Source: an uncultured Planctomycetota bacterium (GTDB taxonomy: Bacteria; Planctomycetota; Planctomycetia; Isosphaerales; Isosphaeraceae). Taken from it: DNA of 64,000 nucleotides. Of the stretch, positions 21,386 through 30,372 are shown piece by piece (the first letter of the stretch is position 1; every line of letters starts with the position of its first letter). Where the stretch lies: the NCBI GenBank assembly GCA_963845755.1, contig CAWJTV010000011.1, forward strand, positions 960,001 to 1,024,000, read 5' to 3'. The notes under the pieces are model-generated. The model saw nothing but the letters and a program-made list of their open reading frames with translations. It did not search any database and had not been told where the DNA came from. Made by a program: the position numbers and the translations under genes.

Positions 21386-22810
21386 ATGGCCGACCGTCCG
21401 TACATCTTCTTCGAACTGACTAATAGCTTGTGCTCGACCTGCCTGCGCAAGGTCGAGGCGAAGGTGATCTTCCAGGAGGGGCGCGTCTACCTGGTCAAGC
21501 ACTGCCCCGAGCACAAGCAGGAAAAAGTCCTGATCTCGACGGACGTCGATTACTACCAGTTCTCGCGGCGTGCGCTCAAGCCGGGCACGATGCCGCGGAA
21601 GTTCAACACGGCGATCGAGCGCGGTTGTCCCTACGACTGTGGGCTCTGTCCCGACCACGAGCAGCACAGTTGCCTGGCGCTGGTCGAGATCACCGACCAC
21701 TGCAACCTGACCTGCCCGATCTGCTACGCCGAGAGTTCGCCGCGTCGCCCGTTGCATCGGTCGCTGGAGCAGATCGCGTTCATGCTCGACTGCGTCGTGC
21801 GGAACGAGGGTCGGCCGGACATCGTGCAGATCTCTGGCGGCGAGCCGACGATCCATCCCGAGTTCTTCGAGGTGCTCGACCTCGCCCGGCAGCGGCCGAT
21901 CAAGCACCTGATGGTCAACACCAACGGCGTGCGCATCGCCCAGGACGCCGAGTTCGTCCGGCGTCTCGGAGCGTACAAGCCGGGCTTCGAGGTGTACCTC
22001 CAGTTCGACTCGCTCGACGCGGTGCCCCAGCAGGCGTTGCGCGGCGCGGACCTGGTCGAGGTCCGCACCCGGGCGCTCGAGCACCTCAACAAGCACGGGA
22101 TCTCGACCACGCTGGTCGTCACGCTCAAGAAAGGGCTCAACGACGACCAGGTCGGCGCGATCATCGATTTCGCGCTGGAGCAGCCGTGCGTCCGCGGGGT
22201 GACGTTCCAGCCGGTGCAGGCCGCCGGACGGATCGAGGGGTTCGACCCGGCGCGCGACCGCTTGACGCTGGGCGAGGTCCGCGCGAGAATCCTCGAACAA
22301 TCGTCCCACTTCCAGCCCAGCGACATCGTGCCGGTCCCTTGCCATCCCGACTGCCTGGCCATGGCCTATGCACTGAAGCTCGGCGGCAAGGTTGTCCCCC
22401 TGACCCAGCTCCTGGACCCCACGACGCTCCTGGAGATGCAGGGCAACACGATCCTCAACGAGCAGGATCCCGAGATGCGCCGGCTCGTCCTCGAATTGTT
22501 CTCGACGTCACACTCGCCCGACTCGTCGGCCTGGACGCTGCGCCAGCTCCTCTGCTGCCTGCCGGAGCTGTCCGTGCCGCAGCAGCTCACCTATGACAAG
22601 ATCTTTCGCGTGTTGATCGTGCAGTTCCTCGACCCGTATAACTTCGACGTCCGCTCGGTGAAGAAGTCGTGCATCCACATCGTCCACCCGGACGGCCGGA
22701 TCATCCCATTTGACACGTATAATTTATTCTATCGCGACACGGTCGCCGCGCGGATGCCCGCGATGCCCTGGAATCAGAGTCTGCCGATCCTGGTCGGAGG
22801 GGTGTCATGA
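21386..22810 (+). CDS. radical SAM enzyme of the Tes/GDGT-MAS (MJ0619) family, bacterial type
   Basis: N-terminal CSTC...CPEH, GCPYDCGLCPDH, RS motif CNLTCPIC, SGGEPT, C-terminal PCHPDC...KKSCIH...IPFDTYN. Confidence 0.85.
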   Translation: MADRPYIFFELTNSLCSTCLRKVEAKVIFQEGRVYLVKHCPEHKQEKVLISTDVDYYQFSRRALKPGTMPRKFNTAIERGCPYDCGLCPDHEQHSCLALVEITDHCNLTCPICYAESSPRRPLHRSLEQIAFMLDCVVRNEGRPDIVQISGGEPTIHPEFFEVLDLARQRPIKHLMVNTNGVRIAQDAEFVRRLGAYKPGFEVYLQFDSLDAVPQQALRGADLVEVRTRALEHLNKHGISTTLVVTLKKGLNDDQVGAIIDFALEQPCVRGVTFQPVQAAGRIEGFDPARDRLTLGEVRARILEQSSHFQPSDIVPVPCHPDCLAMAYALKLGGKVVPLTQLLDPTTLLEMQGNTILNEQDPEMRRLVLELFSTSHSPDSSAWTLRQLLCCLPELSVPQQLTYDKIFRVLIVQFLDPYNFDVRSVKKSCIHIVHPDGRIIPFDTYNLFYRDTVAARMPAMPWNQSLPILVGGVS

Positions 22811-23124
22811 GCGATGCCCCCCTTGCGCCGGATTGCCGACACTGTGGCGCGGTGAACGACTCCGGTGCCTCGGAATGCTGGCAGTGCCACCGACGGGACT
22901 GGCGGGGCTCCCAAGGCCCCGTCGAGGAATCCCCGGTCTTGGCCTCCGTTCGAGGCGCAGGGGTCGTTGACGGGCGGCCTGGTCCTGATCATCACGATCC
23001 TCTGCGCGGTCGTCGGCCTGGCCTTCCGGGCCAGCCCGTACCTCGGCGCGTGGTCCTGCTCCCGACTCTTGTGATCCTTGCCCTGGCGGTCGCCCTGTTC
23101 ACGATCTGCATGGCATTCGGCTGA
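22807..23124 (+). CDS. zinc-ribbon membrane protein, paralog 1 (two compensating frameshifts in the middle)
   Basis: ATGA overlap with the rSAM stop; CRHCGAVN...ECWQCHRRDW; TM segment GLVLIITILCAVVGLAF in the alternate frame; ends LALAVALFTICMAFG. Confidence 0.75.
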   Translation: MSDAPLAPDCRHCGAVNDSGASECWQCHRRDWRGSQGPVEESPVLASVRGAGVVDGRPGPDHHDPLRGRRPGLPGQPVPRRVVLLPTLVILALAVALFTICMAFG

Positions 23125-23134
23125 GGCCACCCCG

Positions 23135-23845
23135 ATGAGCACCATTCCCGCATCGCTCCCATCCGACGCATCGCCACTTCCCGGAAGCGAAGACCGCCCG
23201 TGGTACATCGTCGGCCGCTGGCAGGAATACCAGGGCGAGGCGCGGGCGAACCTGCTGCGGCTGGTGGCCGTCGCCGCGTTCTACGTCATCGAGCTGATCA
23301 ATTATTACGGCGTCGATCTGGGCTTCATCCAGCTCCCGAAAGTCAGCGACCTGGCGTTTCACAAGACCGTCACGGCGATCGCCGCGGCCTGGGTCTTGCT
23401 CGGCGTGGGAGTCCACTTCTGGCTGCGACTTCACCTCATGCCCGAGGCGCTGAAGTACGTCTCCACGAGTCTGGACGTCGTGCTCTTGACCCTCCTCCTG
23501 ATGGTCTCCGATGGGCCAAGGAGCCCGATCATCGCTGCCTATTTCCTGATCCCTGCCCTGGCCTGCCTGCGGTTCCAGCTCCGCTTGGTCTGGTTCGCGA
23601 CGATCGCCGCGATGCTCGGCTACGTCTGGCTGCTGGGTTGGGCGGTCTGGATCGAGAGCGTTCGGAACGTCCGCGTGCCGCGATACCACGAGCTGATCTT
23701 CCTGACGGCGCTGGCGATGAGCGGGATCATCCAGGGCCAGGTGATCCGCCGGGTGAAAGCGCTGGCCGCCGAGTATGCGCGCCGCCTGGCCTCCACCGGG
23801 GAGCCAGCTCGACCTGAGTCGAGCCCGGTTGGAGGAACCTCATGA
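23135..23845 (+). CDS. polytopic membrane protein of unknown function (about 5-6 TM)
   Basis: multiple hydrophobic segments; operonic spacing (10 bp gap upstream, ATGA overlap downstream). Confidence 0.8.
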   Translation: MSTIPASLPSDASPLPGSEDRPWYIVGRWQEYQGEARANLLRLVAVAAFYVIELINYYGVDLGFIQLPKVSDLAFHKTVTAIAAAWVLLGVGVHFWLRLHLMPEALKYVSTSLDVVLLTLLLMVSDGPRSPIIAAYFLIPALACLRFQLRLVWFATIAAMLGYVWLLGWAVWIESVRNVRVPRYHELIFLTALAMSGIIQGQVIRRVKALAAEYARRLASTGEPARPESSPVGGTS

Positions 23846-24201
23846 GCCGGATCGAACCCCGACCGAAACCGGAACCAAAGGGGAGTTGCTGGGACTGCGG
23901 CGCGACCAATTGGGCCGATGCCCGGGGTTGCTGGCTCTGCCACCGCCGCGATTGGAAGTCGGGCGCGATCGCGGCCTCCGTAGGACGCACGGCGGCTGAC
24001 GACGAGCCGACCCCAAAATCGAGAGATCGGGCCGATAAGGCCGCCAGGGTGAGCTCGATCGCATCCACGGTGCTCATCTCTCTAGCCGCGTTTGTCTTTG
24101 TGACGGTCGTCCTACCACTCATGGTCATCGGTTTTGTGACCGTCGCCCTGGTCATCGCCCTGAATCAGTTCTGCTCGGCCCTCACGGCTCACCCGCCTTG
24201 A
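23842..24201 (+). CDS. zinc-ribbon membrane protein, paralog 2
   Basis: GGAGG RBS; CWDCGATN...GCWLCHRRDW; ends VALVIALNQFCSALTAHPP. Confidence 0.8.
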   Translation: MSRIEPRPKPEPKGSCWDCGATNWADARGCWLCHRRDWKSGAIAASVGRTAADDEPTPKSRDRADKAARVSSIASTVLISLAAFVFVTVVLPLMVIGFVTVALVIALNQFCSALTAHPP

Positions 24202-24287
24202 TGGCCGGGCTGGGGAGGGCCCGCTTGGCTTCATCCGGAGACCACGAAGACAGCCCGGATCCCTGGTTTGCAGCAACTGAGGTTCCC

Positions 24288-24740
24288 ATGAGTTCCGAGA
24301 AACCGCCGGCTTCCCTGAGATGCTTCGACTGCGGCGCGGAGAACGACCCCGGCGCCTCGGAATGCTGGCTCTGCCATCGGCGGGACTGGCGAGAGGGCTC
24401 CGCGGGCGCCGAGCCGAAGTCCCTCGACTACGCGCCAGATCATCGAACAGCTCCATCGCGAGCGACTCGTGTCGATGACCGGCCGGATTGGTGTGGTCGC
24501 GCTCGGACTAGTGCTGCTCGCAACTCTCGCGGTTGCGCCGGACTGGCCATCGGGCTGGGGATCTTGGCGGTGCTGATCGCCCTCCCGGTCTGGGGTGCCG
24601 GGACGATTACCAAAGGGATGTCGCCGCTGGCCCGATTCTTCGTGACCTTGGTGCTAAGCCTCGTATTCTTAATCCTGCTGGTCGTGGCGCTCTACATCGC
24701 CCTTTATCTCATCTGCATCGCGATGGGCCTGATCGATTAG
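24288..24740 (+). CDS. zinc-ribbon membrane protein, paralog 3 (probable compensating frameshifts)
   Basis: GAGG RBS; CFDCGAEN...ECWLCHRRDW; ends VALYIALYLICIAMGLID. Confidence 0.8.
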   Translation: MSSEKPPASLRCFDCGAENDPGASECWLCHRRDWREGSAGAEPKSLDYAPDHRTAPSRATRVDDRPDWCGRARTSAARNSRGCAGLAIGLGILAVLIALPVWGAGTITKGMSPLARFFVTLVLSLVFLILLVVALYIALYLICIAMGLID

Positions 24741-24835
24741 AATGGAGCTCGAGAGGCCCCGGGATCACGGGACGAGTTTGACCCTGAGGGATGCCGGCGT
24801 CGGGAAGCGATCCGAAGCGAGAAAGAGTTTCCGCC

Positions 24836-25273
24836 ATGAGCGCCGGGATACCCCAACCGGAACTCCCCTGCTGGCACTGCGGTGCGTGGAACCACCGCGG
24901 CTCGTCGGAGTGCTGGCTGTGCCAGCGCCGGGATTGGAACAAGTCGCCCTTGCTCCCACCGAGGACGGCCGCCCGGTCGCCGCGCGGGCCGCTCTCGACC
25001 ATCGCGGGCCACATGATCTTGATCGCGCTGATCGCCGTGTTCCTGGTCATCTTCATCGCGGCGCCGCCCCTGGCTATCGCCTTGCTGGTTTGTGCCCTGC
25101 CGGCCTGGGCGATCGTCGAGATGAAAGCACGCCGCCGCCGTCGCCGAGGTGACTCGATGTCCGGCATCGAGAGAGCCCTGTGGATCGTCGGTCTGACGAT
25201 CGGGATCCCTATCGTGTTGGCAGTAGCTCTGGCCATCGCCTTGTTCACGTTCTGCGCCTTCATGCAGCGGTAG
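24836..25273 (+). CDS. zinc-ribbon membrane protein, paralog 4
   Basis: CWHCGAWN...ECWLCQRRDW; 3 TM segments; ends VALAIALFTFCAFMQR. Confidence 0.8.
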   Translation: MSAGIPQPELPCWHCGAWNHRGSSECWLCQRRDWNKSPLLPPRTAARSPRGPLSTIAGHMILIALIAVFLVIFIAAPPLAIALLVCALPAWAIVEMKARRRRRRGDSMSGIERALWIVGLTIGIPIVLAVALAIALFTFCAFMQR

Positions 25274-25290
25274 ACGGAGATGAGACACCG

Positions 25291-25996
25291 ATGATCAACC
25301 CGCCGCCTACCCCTGGCCTGGCCTACACCGGGATCATGATCCTGTCGATCGCGACGGCAGTGATCTTGAAGCGCCGGGGCGACCGATCGTTGCCACTGTC
25401 GGCCGCGCAACGGTGGGGGATCGCGCTGGGGGCTTTCTGCGGCGCGATGATCGGCTCGAAGATTCCGTTCGTGCTGGCCGACTGGGAGGGCCTCATCAGC
25501 GGCCGGGCCTGGTTCGACAACGGCAAGACGATCCTGTTCGGCCTGGTCGGGGGTTATTTTGGCGTCGAGCTGGCCAAGGCAATTCTGGGCGTGACGGTCA
25601 AGACGGGGGACAGCTTCGCGGTGCCGGTAGCGGCGGCGGTGGCCGTGGGCCGGCTGGCCTGCTTCGTCGGAGGCTGCTGCTTCGGCAAGCCGACGAGTCT
25701 CCCCTGGGGCGTCGTGTTCCACGATGGCATCCCTCGCCACCCGACGCAGCTCTACGAAGCGGCGTTCCACGCCTCGGCCGCAGTGTTCCTGGCCTGGACC
25801 GAACGCCGGGGACTGTTCCGACTCCAGCGGATCAAGCTCTATTTGATCGCCTACTTGATCTATCGCTTCTTCACCGAGTTCATCCGCCCTGAGCCGGTCA
25901 TCGCCCTGAGCCTGACAGCCTATCAGTGGGGGGCACTGGCCTTGCTCCCGGTTTTCGCCTGGCTCTGGCGGCGCGACGCGGCGCCGCGCTCACTAG
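25291..25996 (+). CDS. prolipoprotein diacylglyceryl transferase (Lgt)-like protein, non-canonical; 3' end approximate
   Basis: VGRLACFVGGCCFGKPTSLPWG, RHPTQLYE, YLIYRFFTEFIR. The track ORF runs on to 26508 through an antisense gene; one indel would stop it at TAG 25994-25996. Confidence 0.85.
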
Positions 25997-26394
25997 AGTT
26001 CGAGGATTTGCTCGCCGCCGTGCGCGGGATTGCCGGCCAGCGAGTGAGATTCCCAGTCCACGACGAGGTCGAGTCGCAGAAGTGGCAGCCGACCGATGAG
26101 GACCGGTGTGCCATCGGGGACTTCCACAACGTCCATCGTGCAGTCTCGCCCCTGGATGGTGAGCCGCACGGGGTCGTACATGGCGGCTTTCTGGTTCTGC
26201 GCCTCCAGTCCGAGCCGATGAATGACACAGGACGGAAGCGCGATCAGCTTCGTACTGGAATCCACCAGCGCGTTGGGAACCCTCACGCGCCGGACATGGT
26301 CGGCGGAGATCAATCCGCGCTCGGCGTCCCAGAGGTCCTTCAAACTCTCGATCGTCGCTTCCGTGAAAACACGCCCCATCGTTTCGGCCTCCAT
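25993..26394 (-). CDS. clan AA (retropepsin-like) aspartic protease homolog with a degenerate active site
   Basis: AAGGAGG RBS; ALVDSST in place of DTGA; VLIGRLPL...LDLVVD. Confidence 0.7.
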   Translation of the reverse strand: MEAETMGRVFTEATIESLKDLWDAERGLISADHVRRVRVPNALVDSSTKLIALPSCVIHRLGLEAQNQKAAMYDPVRLTIQGRDCTMDVVEVPDGTPVLIGRLPLLRLDLVVDWESHSLAGNPAHGGEQILEL

Positions 26395-26616
26395 GGACTT
26401 CGCCTCCTTCGATATCAGGCATTCGGACGATCTGGCCCTATGACCATCGTGCTCCAAATTTCACCGAAAGACCAGTCAAGTCCGCGAGATCGGCGAACTG
26501 CGACGTGAGGTGCAATCCCGGCCCGCCGGTTGACTCGGATCGGTTCACCCCGTTACGATCGGCGGAGACAAACCGCGTAAAGATGAAGCCCGTAACCCGA
26601 GATGGTAAGTCGAGCG

Positions 26617-27375
26617 ATGCAGATCCTTTTGACAAACGATGATGGTGTTTTTGCCCCCGGCTTGCGTGCGTTGCGCAAGGAGCTGATGCGGCTGGGGGAA
26701 GTGACCGTAGTGGCCCCGGCGATGGAGCAGAGCGGCGTGGCGCACTCGATCACGCTGCTCGAGCCCTTGGTGGTCAAGAAGGTCGAGGATGTCAACGGCA
26801 CGACCCTGGGCTGGAAGGTCGAGGGGAGCCCGGCCGACAGCGTCAAACTGGGGATCTGCGAGTTGATGGCGCGCCCCCCGGACCTGATCGTCTCGGGGAT
26901 CAATTCGGGGTCCAACGCTGGGATCAACGTGCTGTACTCCGGCACGGTCGCCGCGGCGATCGAGGGGGCTTTTTTCAAGATCACGAGCATCGCGATCTCG
27001 CTGGAGCTCTCCGAGCACTTCGATTTCCCCCACGCGGCGCGGCACGCCGTGCGGGTGATCGAGAAGATCCTGGCCAATCGGCCGCCGAACGGCTCGCTGT
27101 TCAACGTCAATCTGCCGGCCCACTCGCGCGGCGAGCCCCGGGGCATCCGCGTCGTCCCCATGGGGCTGGGCCGCTACGGTGAAGGCTTCGAGCGCCGGCA
27201 GGACCCCCGCGGTCGCACTTACTACTGGATGACCTACAACCCGCCCTATCACCTCGAAGGACCCGAGACCGACGTCACCAGCCTCTGCGAAGGTTACATC
27301 ACCGTCACCCCACTCCATTTCGATCTGACCCTCCACGATCGGATCGACGAGATCGGTCGATGGAAGTGGGATTAG
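26617..27375 (+). CDS. surE: 5'/3'-nucleotidase SurE
   Basis: ILLTNDDG, VVAP..EQSG, GSPADSV, SGINSGSN, YSGTVAAAIEG. Confidence 0.96.
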   Translation: MQILLTNDDGVFAPGLRALRKELMRLGEVTVVAPAMEQSGVAHSITLLEPLVVKKVEDVNGTTLGWKVEGSPADSVKLGICELMARPPDLIVSGINSGSNAGINVLYSGTVAAAIEGAFFKITSIAISLELSEHFDFPHAARHAVRVIEKILANRPPNGSLFNVNLPAHSRGEPRGIRVVPMGLGRYGEGFERRQDPRGRTYYWMTYNPPYHLEGPETDVTSLCEGYITVTPLHFDLTLHDRIDEIGRWKWD

Positions 27376-27408
27376 CCCTCGGAAGCCTCCGGCCTCAAGG
27401 AGACAGCC

Positions 27409-28032
27409 ATGCCCCCGCGACCGCCATCGCGACCCAACGGTTCCCGACGTCCGGCCCGACGCCGACTCGCCCCCCTGAACTGGCTGGGTGTCGTCGCCTG
27501 CGCCCTGGCTTGCGCCGGCTGCGAGGAGGAAGTCCGGCATGTCGCCGATGCCAAGCGGCCCGAGACCCGTGCGCCGGGAATCGCCGGAGTCGTCATCGAC
27601 CAGGACGACATGGCCCGGCCCGCCGCCAATCCTCAAGCCCAGGCCAAGCTCCAAGCGCCGGCCAAACCCCGTCCGATCCTCAACAAACGCACCAATGACA
27701 TCCGAAACGCGCAGACCGAGCTGCAATCGGGCGGAGCCAAAGTCGCCTCGACCCGGATCGTCGCCAAGGATCCCATCACGCTCCAGGGCAACGCATATGT
27801 CTCCATCATCGGCCGCGCATCGACGGACAACATCAAGCACGCCATCGATCTGTGGCAAGCCGAGAACGGTCGCTACCCCAAGGATTATAATGAGTTCATG
27901 GAAGAGATCATCAAGAAGAACAACATCGCCCTGCCGCAACTCCCTTACTACCAGGAGTACGGCTACGACGAGAATCAGCACAAGCTCATCATCCTGGAAT
28001 ATCCGGACCGCAAGGCGCAACCGCCGCAATAA
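27409..28032 (+). CDS. putative lipoprotein
   Basis: AAGGAG RBS; basic N-terminus, hydrophobic core and lipobox LACAGC. Confidence 0.7.
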   Translation: MPPRPPSRPNGSRRPARRRLAPLNWLGVVACALACAGCEEEVRHVADAKRPETRAPGIAGVVIDQDDMARPAANPQAQAKLQAPAKPRPILNKRTNDIRNAQTELQSGGAKVASTRIVAKDPITLQGNAYVSIIGRASTDNIKHAIDLWQAENGRYPKDYNEFMEEIIKKNNIALPQLPYYQEYGYDENQHKLIILEYPDRKAQPPQ

Positions 28033-28103
28033 TCGGAAGGCTGAAGGGTGAGTCAGAACCGGGCTGATCTCGATTCATCGTCCTCCTTTCCTCCCCGGGA
28101 GAC

Positions 28104-28766
28104 TCAGTTCGGCTTGGGCGGGTTGCTGGGAGTGAGCGAACGGTCGACTTGCGGTGAATAGTGTCGAAGGCCGCTTCCCCCCCGGCCGATCCGGTTCGAA
28201 GAGGGGGTCCCGGAAGGCATGATCTGGGCCCCGTAGGGGATCTGAACCGGGGAGATCCGGTTGACCTTCCAGACACCCGGCTCGGTCTCCTGGAAGCCCA
28301 GCGACCAGACGGAAGTGCCCGAGCCGAGGTTTGTCCTGGCGAGGGCCCCGAACTCGGCGCTGCCCCGTCGCGACTGGTGGCCGGCATTGGTCCGAAGGTT
28401 CCGGATCGCGATGAAATCGAAGGTGGTATGGCTCAACCGCTCCTGGATCAGGCTGCGCGTCGCCTCACCGTCCAGGGCCGTGTCCCCTCTCAAGTATTGG
28501 ACGTTCGGAGTCAGGTGCGTCATCACCCGATCGACGTCCGAATCCAGGACCGCCTGCCGAAGGTCGTAGACCACGTCCTCGATTCGCTCCGTGTCGGTGA
28601 CCCAGACCCACTCGACGGCGACGAGCACCACGGCCAACCCCGCCGCAATCAACGCACCGATCAGGTATTTGCCCTGCTGCGTCACCTTCAGCGCGACCCC
28701 GAAGGCCGCGGCCAGCAGCAACAGCCCCGCCGCCAGGACCGTCGGATCCTCCGAAATATAGGTCAT
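28104..28766 (-). CDS. membrane protein with 2 TM and an NTF2/SnoaL-like domain
   Basis: GAGGAG RBS; two TM helices then VTDTERIEDVV...DVDRVMTHL...GVWKVNRI. Confidence 0.65.
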   Translation of the reverse strand: MTYISEDPTVLAAGLLLLAAAFGVALKVTQQGKYLIGALIAAGLAVVLVAVEWVWVTDTERIEDVVYDLRQAVLDSDVDRVMTHLTPNVQYLRGDTALDGEATRSLIQERLSHTTFDFIAIRNLRTNAGHQSRRGSAEFGALARTNLGSGTSVWSLGFQETEPGVWKVNRISPVQIPYGAQIMPSGTPSSNRIGRGGSGLRHYSPQVDRSLTPSNPPKPN

Positions 28767-29214
28767 CGAGATCCACTCCTCAGAGCCGGATGATTGGTCG
28801 TTCGCAGATGAATTGAACTCTCGACCGCGACTCCACCGGGCCACTCCGATCGCCCTGCGACCGCCACCACCCGGGGGCATCGCCCCGGAAGGATGAAGGC
28901 TGAGTCAGAAATGTCGCCCTCCGGGCACCGAGGCCAGCCAACCCAGGCCCGGCTTCGGAAGTCCGGGGTGGCTGGCGCCGAGCCGGCTTTTTCATCCTTC
29001 ATCCTTCCCGACGTCGTGCCGCGACCACGAGGTTCACCGAAAGGGATTCGCGGGCCATGACGGTTGATTCTCCTCTGACATTTGTCACACTTCTCTCATA
29101 GGCATTGTAGGCTGCGATTCTCGGCGGGAAAGGGGGTATACCGAGATTCCGGGGACAACGAGCGAGACCAGGGTTTCGAGCCGGTCGATCGCGCCAGGCC
29201 GGCGGAGGAACGGG

Positions 29215-30372
29215 CTACGGCCGTTTGGGTTTGGCTGGTTCGGCCGCGGGCTTCTTGGCGTCTTCGGCCTTGGGCTTGGCGACGGCTGCGGGGGCGTCCT
29301 TGGCCTTGGGCTGGTCCTTGGGGGCATCGCCGGGCCGGGTGTGGCGAATGGTCTGAATGTCGGAGAACGTGACGGGGAGGAGGTTATACTCGGGCTCCCA
29401 ATCGACGGCCCGGCCCCTCAAGGAGATCTCGAGGAACCGGAAGAGCGAGGAAGTGACCTTGGGCTCGAGGCGCAGGAGCTTGTAGCCGTGGAGGGCGGAG
29501 GGATAGAGCTCGATCTTGTTGAGCCGGTGGCGCTCGATCAGGGCACGGCTGCGTTCCACGGCGTCCTTGGAGGCATGATCGTTCTCGCCGGCGATCAGGA
29601 ACGACGGGATTCGGGGGGCGATCGAGGCCATGACATGGCGGAGCACGAAGCCGGAGCCCTCGGGCATGGGAGAGATCAGGACCAGGGCGCTGAGGTCGCT
29701 GGGTCGTCCTTCGGTGGTGATGGCCGCGCCGGGCTGAAAGGCCCAGGCCGTGGTGAGGTTGGCCCCGTCGCCCAGGGCGATCACCCCCAGTTTGGCCAGG
29801 TTGAGCTCGCCGCGGTTATGGCGGTCGACCAGGAAATAGAAGGCCGCTTGCAGATCCTCGACGACGCGAGGCCGCTCGATGGCGGTCAGGACCCGCCGTT
29901 GGTTCTGGCCCTGCCCGCGCAGGTCCAGGCTGAGGACGGCGTAGTTGAGGCTCTGAAGATGCTCGGCCAGCCCCTGTCCCTTGAGTTCGAGCACCGGCTC
30001 CTCGAAGTCCTTGCGCGACCGGCCCGACTCGTGGATCAGCATGACCACCGGCGCGGAGGGGCCGAGCTTGGAGCGATAATACGAGGCGGCCAGGGGCGCC
30101 CCATCGAAGGAATGGAGTCGGAAGTTGAAATGGTAAGTGCCCGGGGCCAGCCCCCCGACGCCGCCGCCGGCGAGCTTGGCCAGCGGATCGGCCGCATCGG
30201 GCTTGGCGACCTTCTTCAAGGCCACCCCTCCCTGGTCCTTGACAACGTTCCGCGCCTTCCGCGCCGGCGGTTGCTGGGCCTGGGCCTGCATCATCGCCAG
30301 GCCGAGGATCACCATCACCATGACCAGCGCCAACCACGACTTCGCCGCAAGCGCTTCGCAACGGTCTCGCAT
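29215..30372 (-). CDS. secreted alpha/beta-hydrolase-fold protein lacking the nucleophilic Ser
   Basis: signal peptide; DGAPLAASYY, VMLIH, LDLRGQGQ; elbow reads ALGDGA instead of GxSxG; LVLISP; LHG. Confidence 0.8.
   Translation of the reverse strand: MRDRCEALAAKSWLALVMVMVILGLAMMQAQAQQPPARKARNVVKDQGGVALKKVAKPDAADPLAKLAGGGVGGLAPGTYHFNFRLHSFDGAPLAASYYRSKLGPSAPVVMLIHESGRSRKDFEEPVLELKGQGLAEHLQSLNYAVLSLDLRGQGQNQRRVLTAIERPRVVEDLQAAFYFLVDRHNRGELNLAKLGVIALGDGANLTTAWAFQPGAAITTEGRPSDLSALVLISPMPEGSGFVLRHVMASIAPRIPSFLIAGENDHASKDAVERSRALIERHRLNKIELYPSALHGYKLLRLEPKVTSSLFRFLEISLRGRAVDWEPEYNLLPVTFSDIQTIRHTRPGDAPKDQPKAKDAPAAVAKPKAEDAKKPAAEPAKPKRP

Noticed and set aside
25996..26508. Long C-terminal extension of the Lgt-like ORF
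   Set aside because: It is the antisense of the aspartic-protease-like gene and is probably read-through from a missed stop.
28886..29008. Long hairpin bounded by GGAAGGATGAAGG and CCTTCATCCTTCC
   Set aside because: It looks like a common short intergenic repeat hairpin, with no evidence for a specific function.
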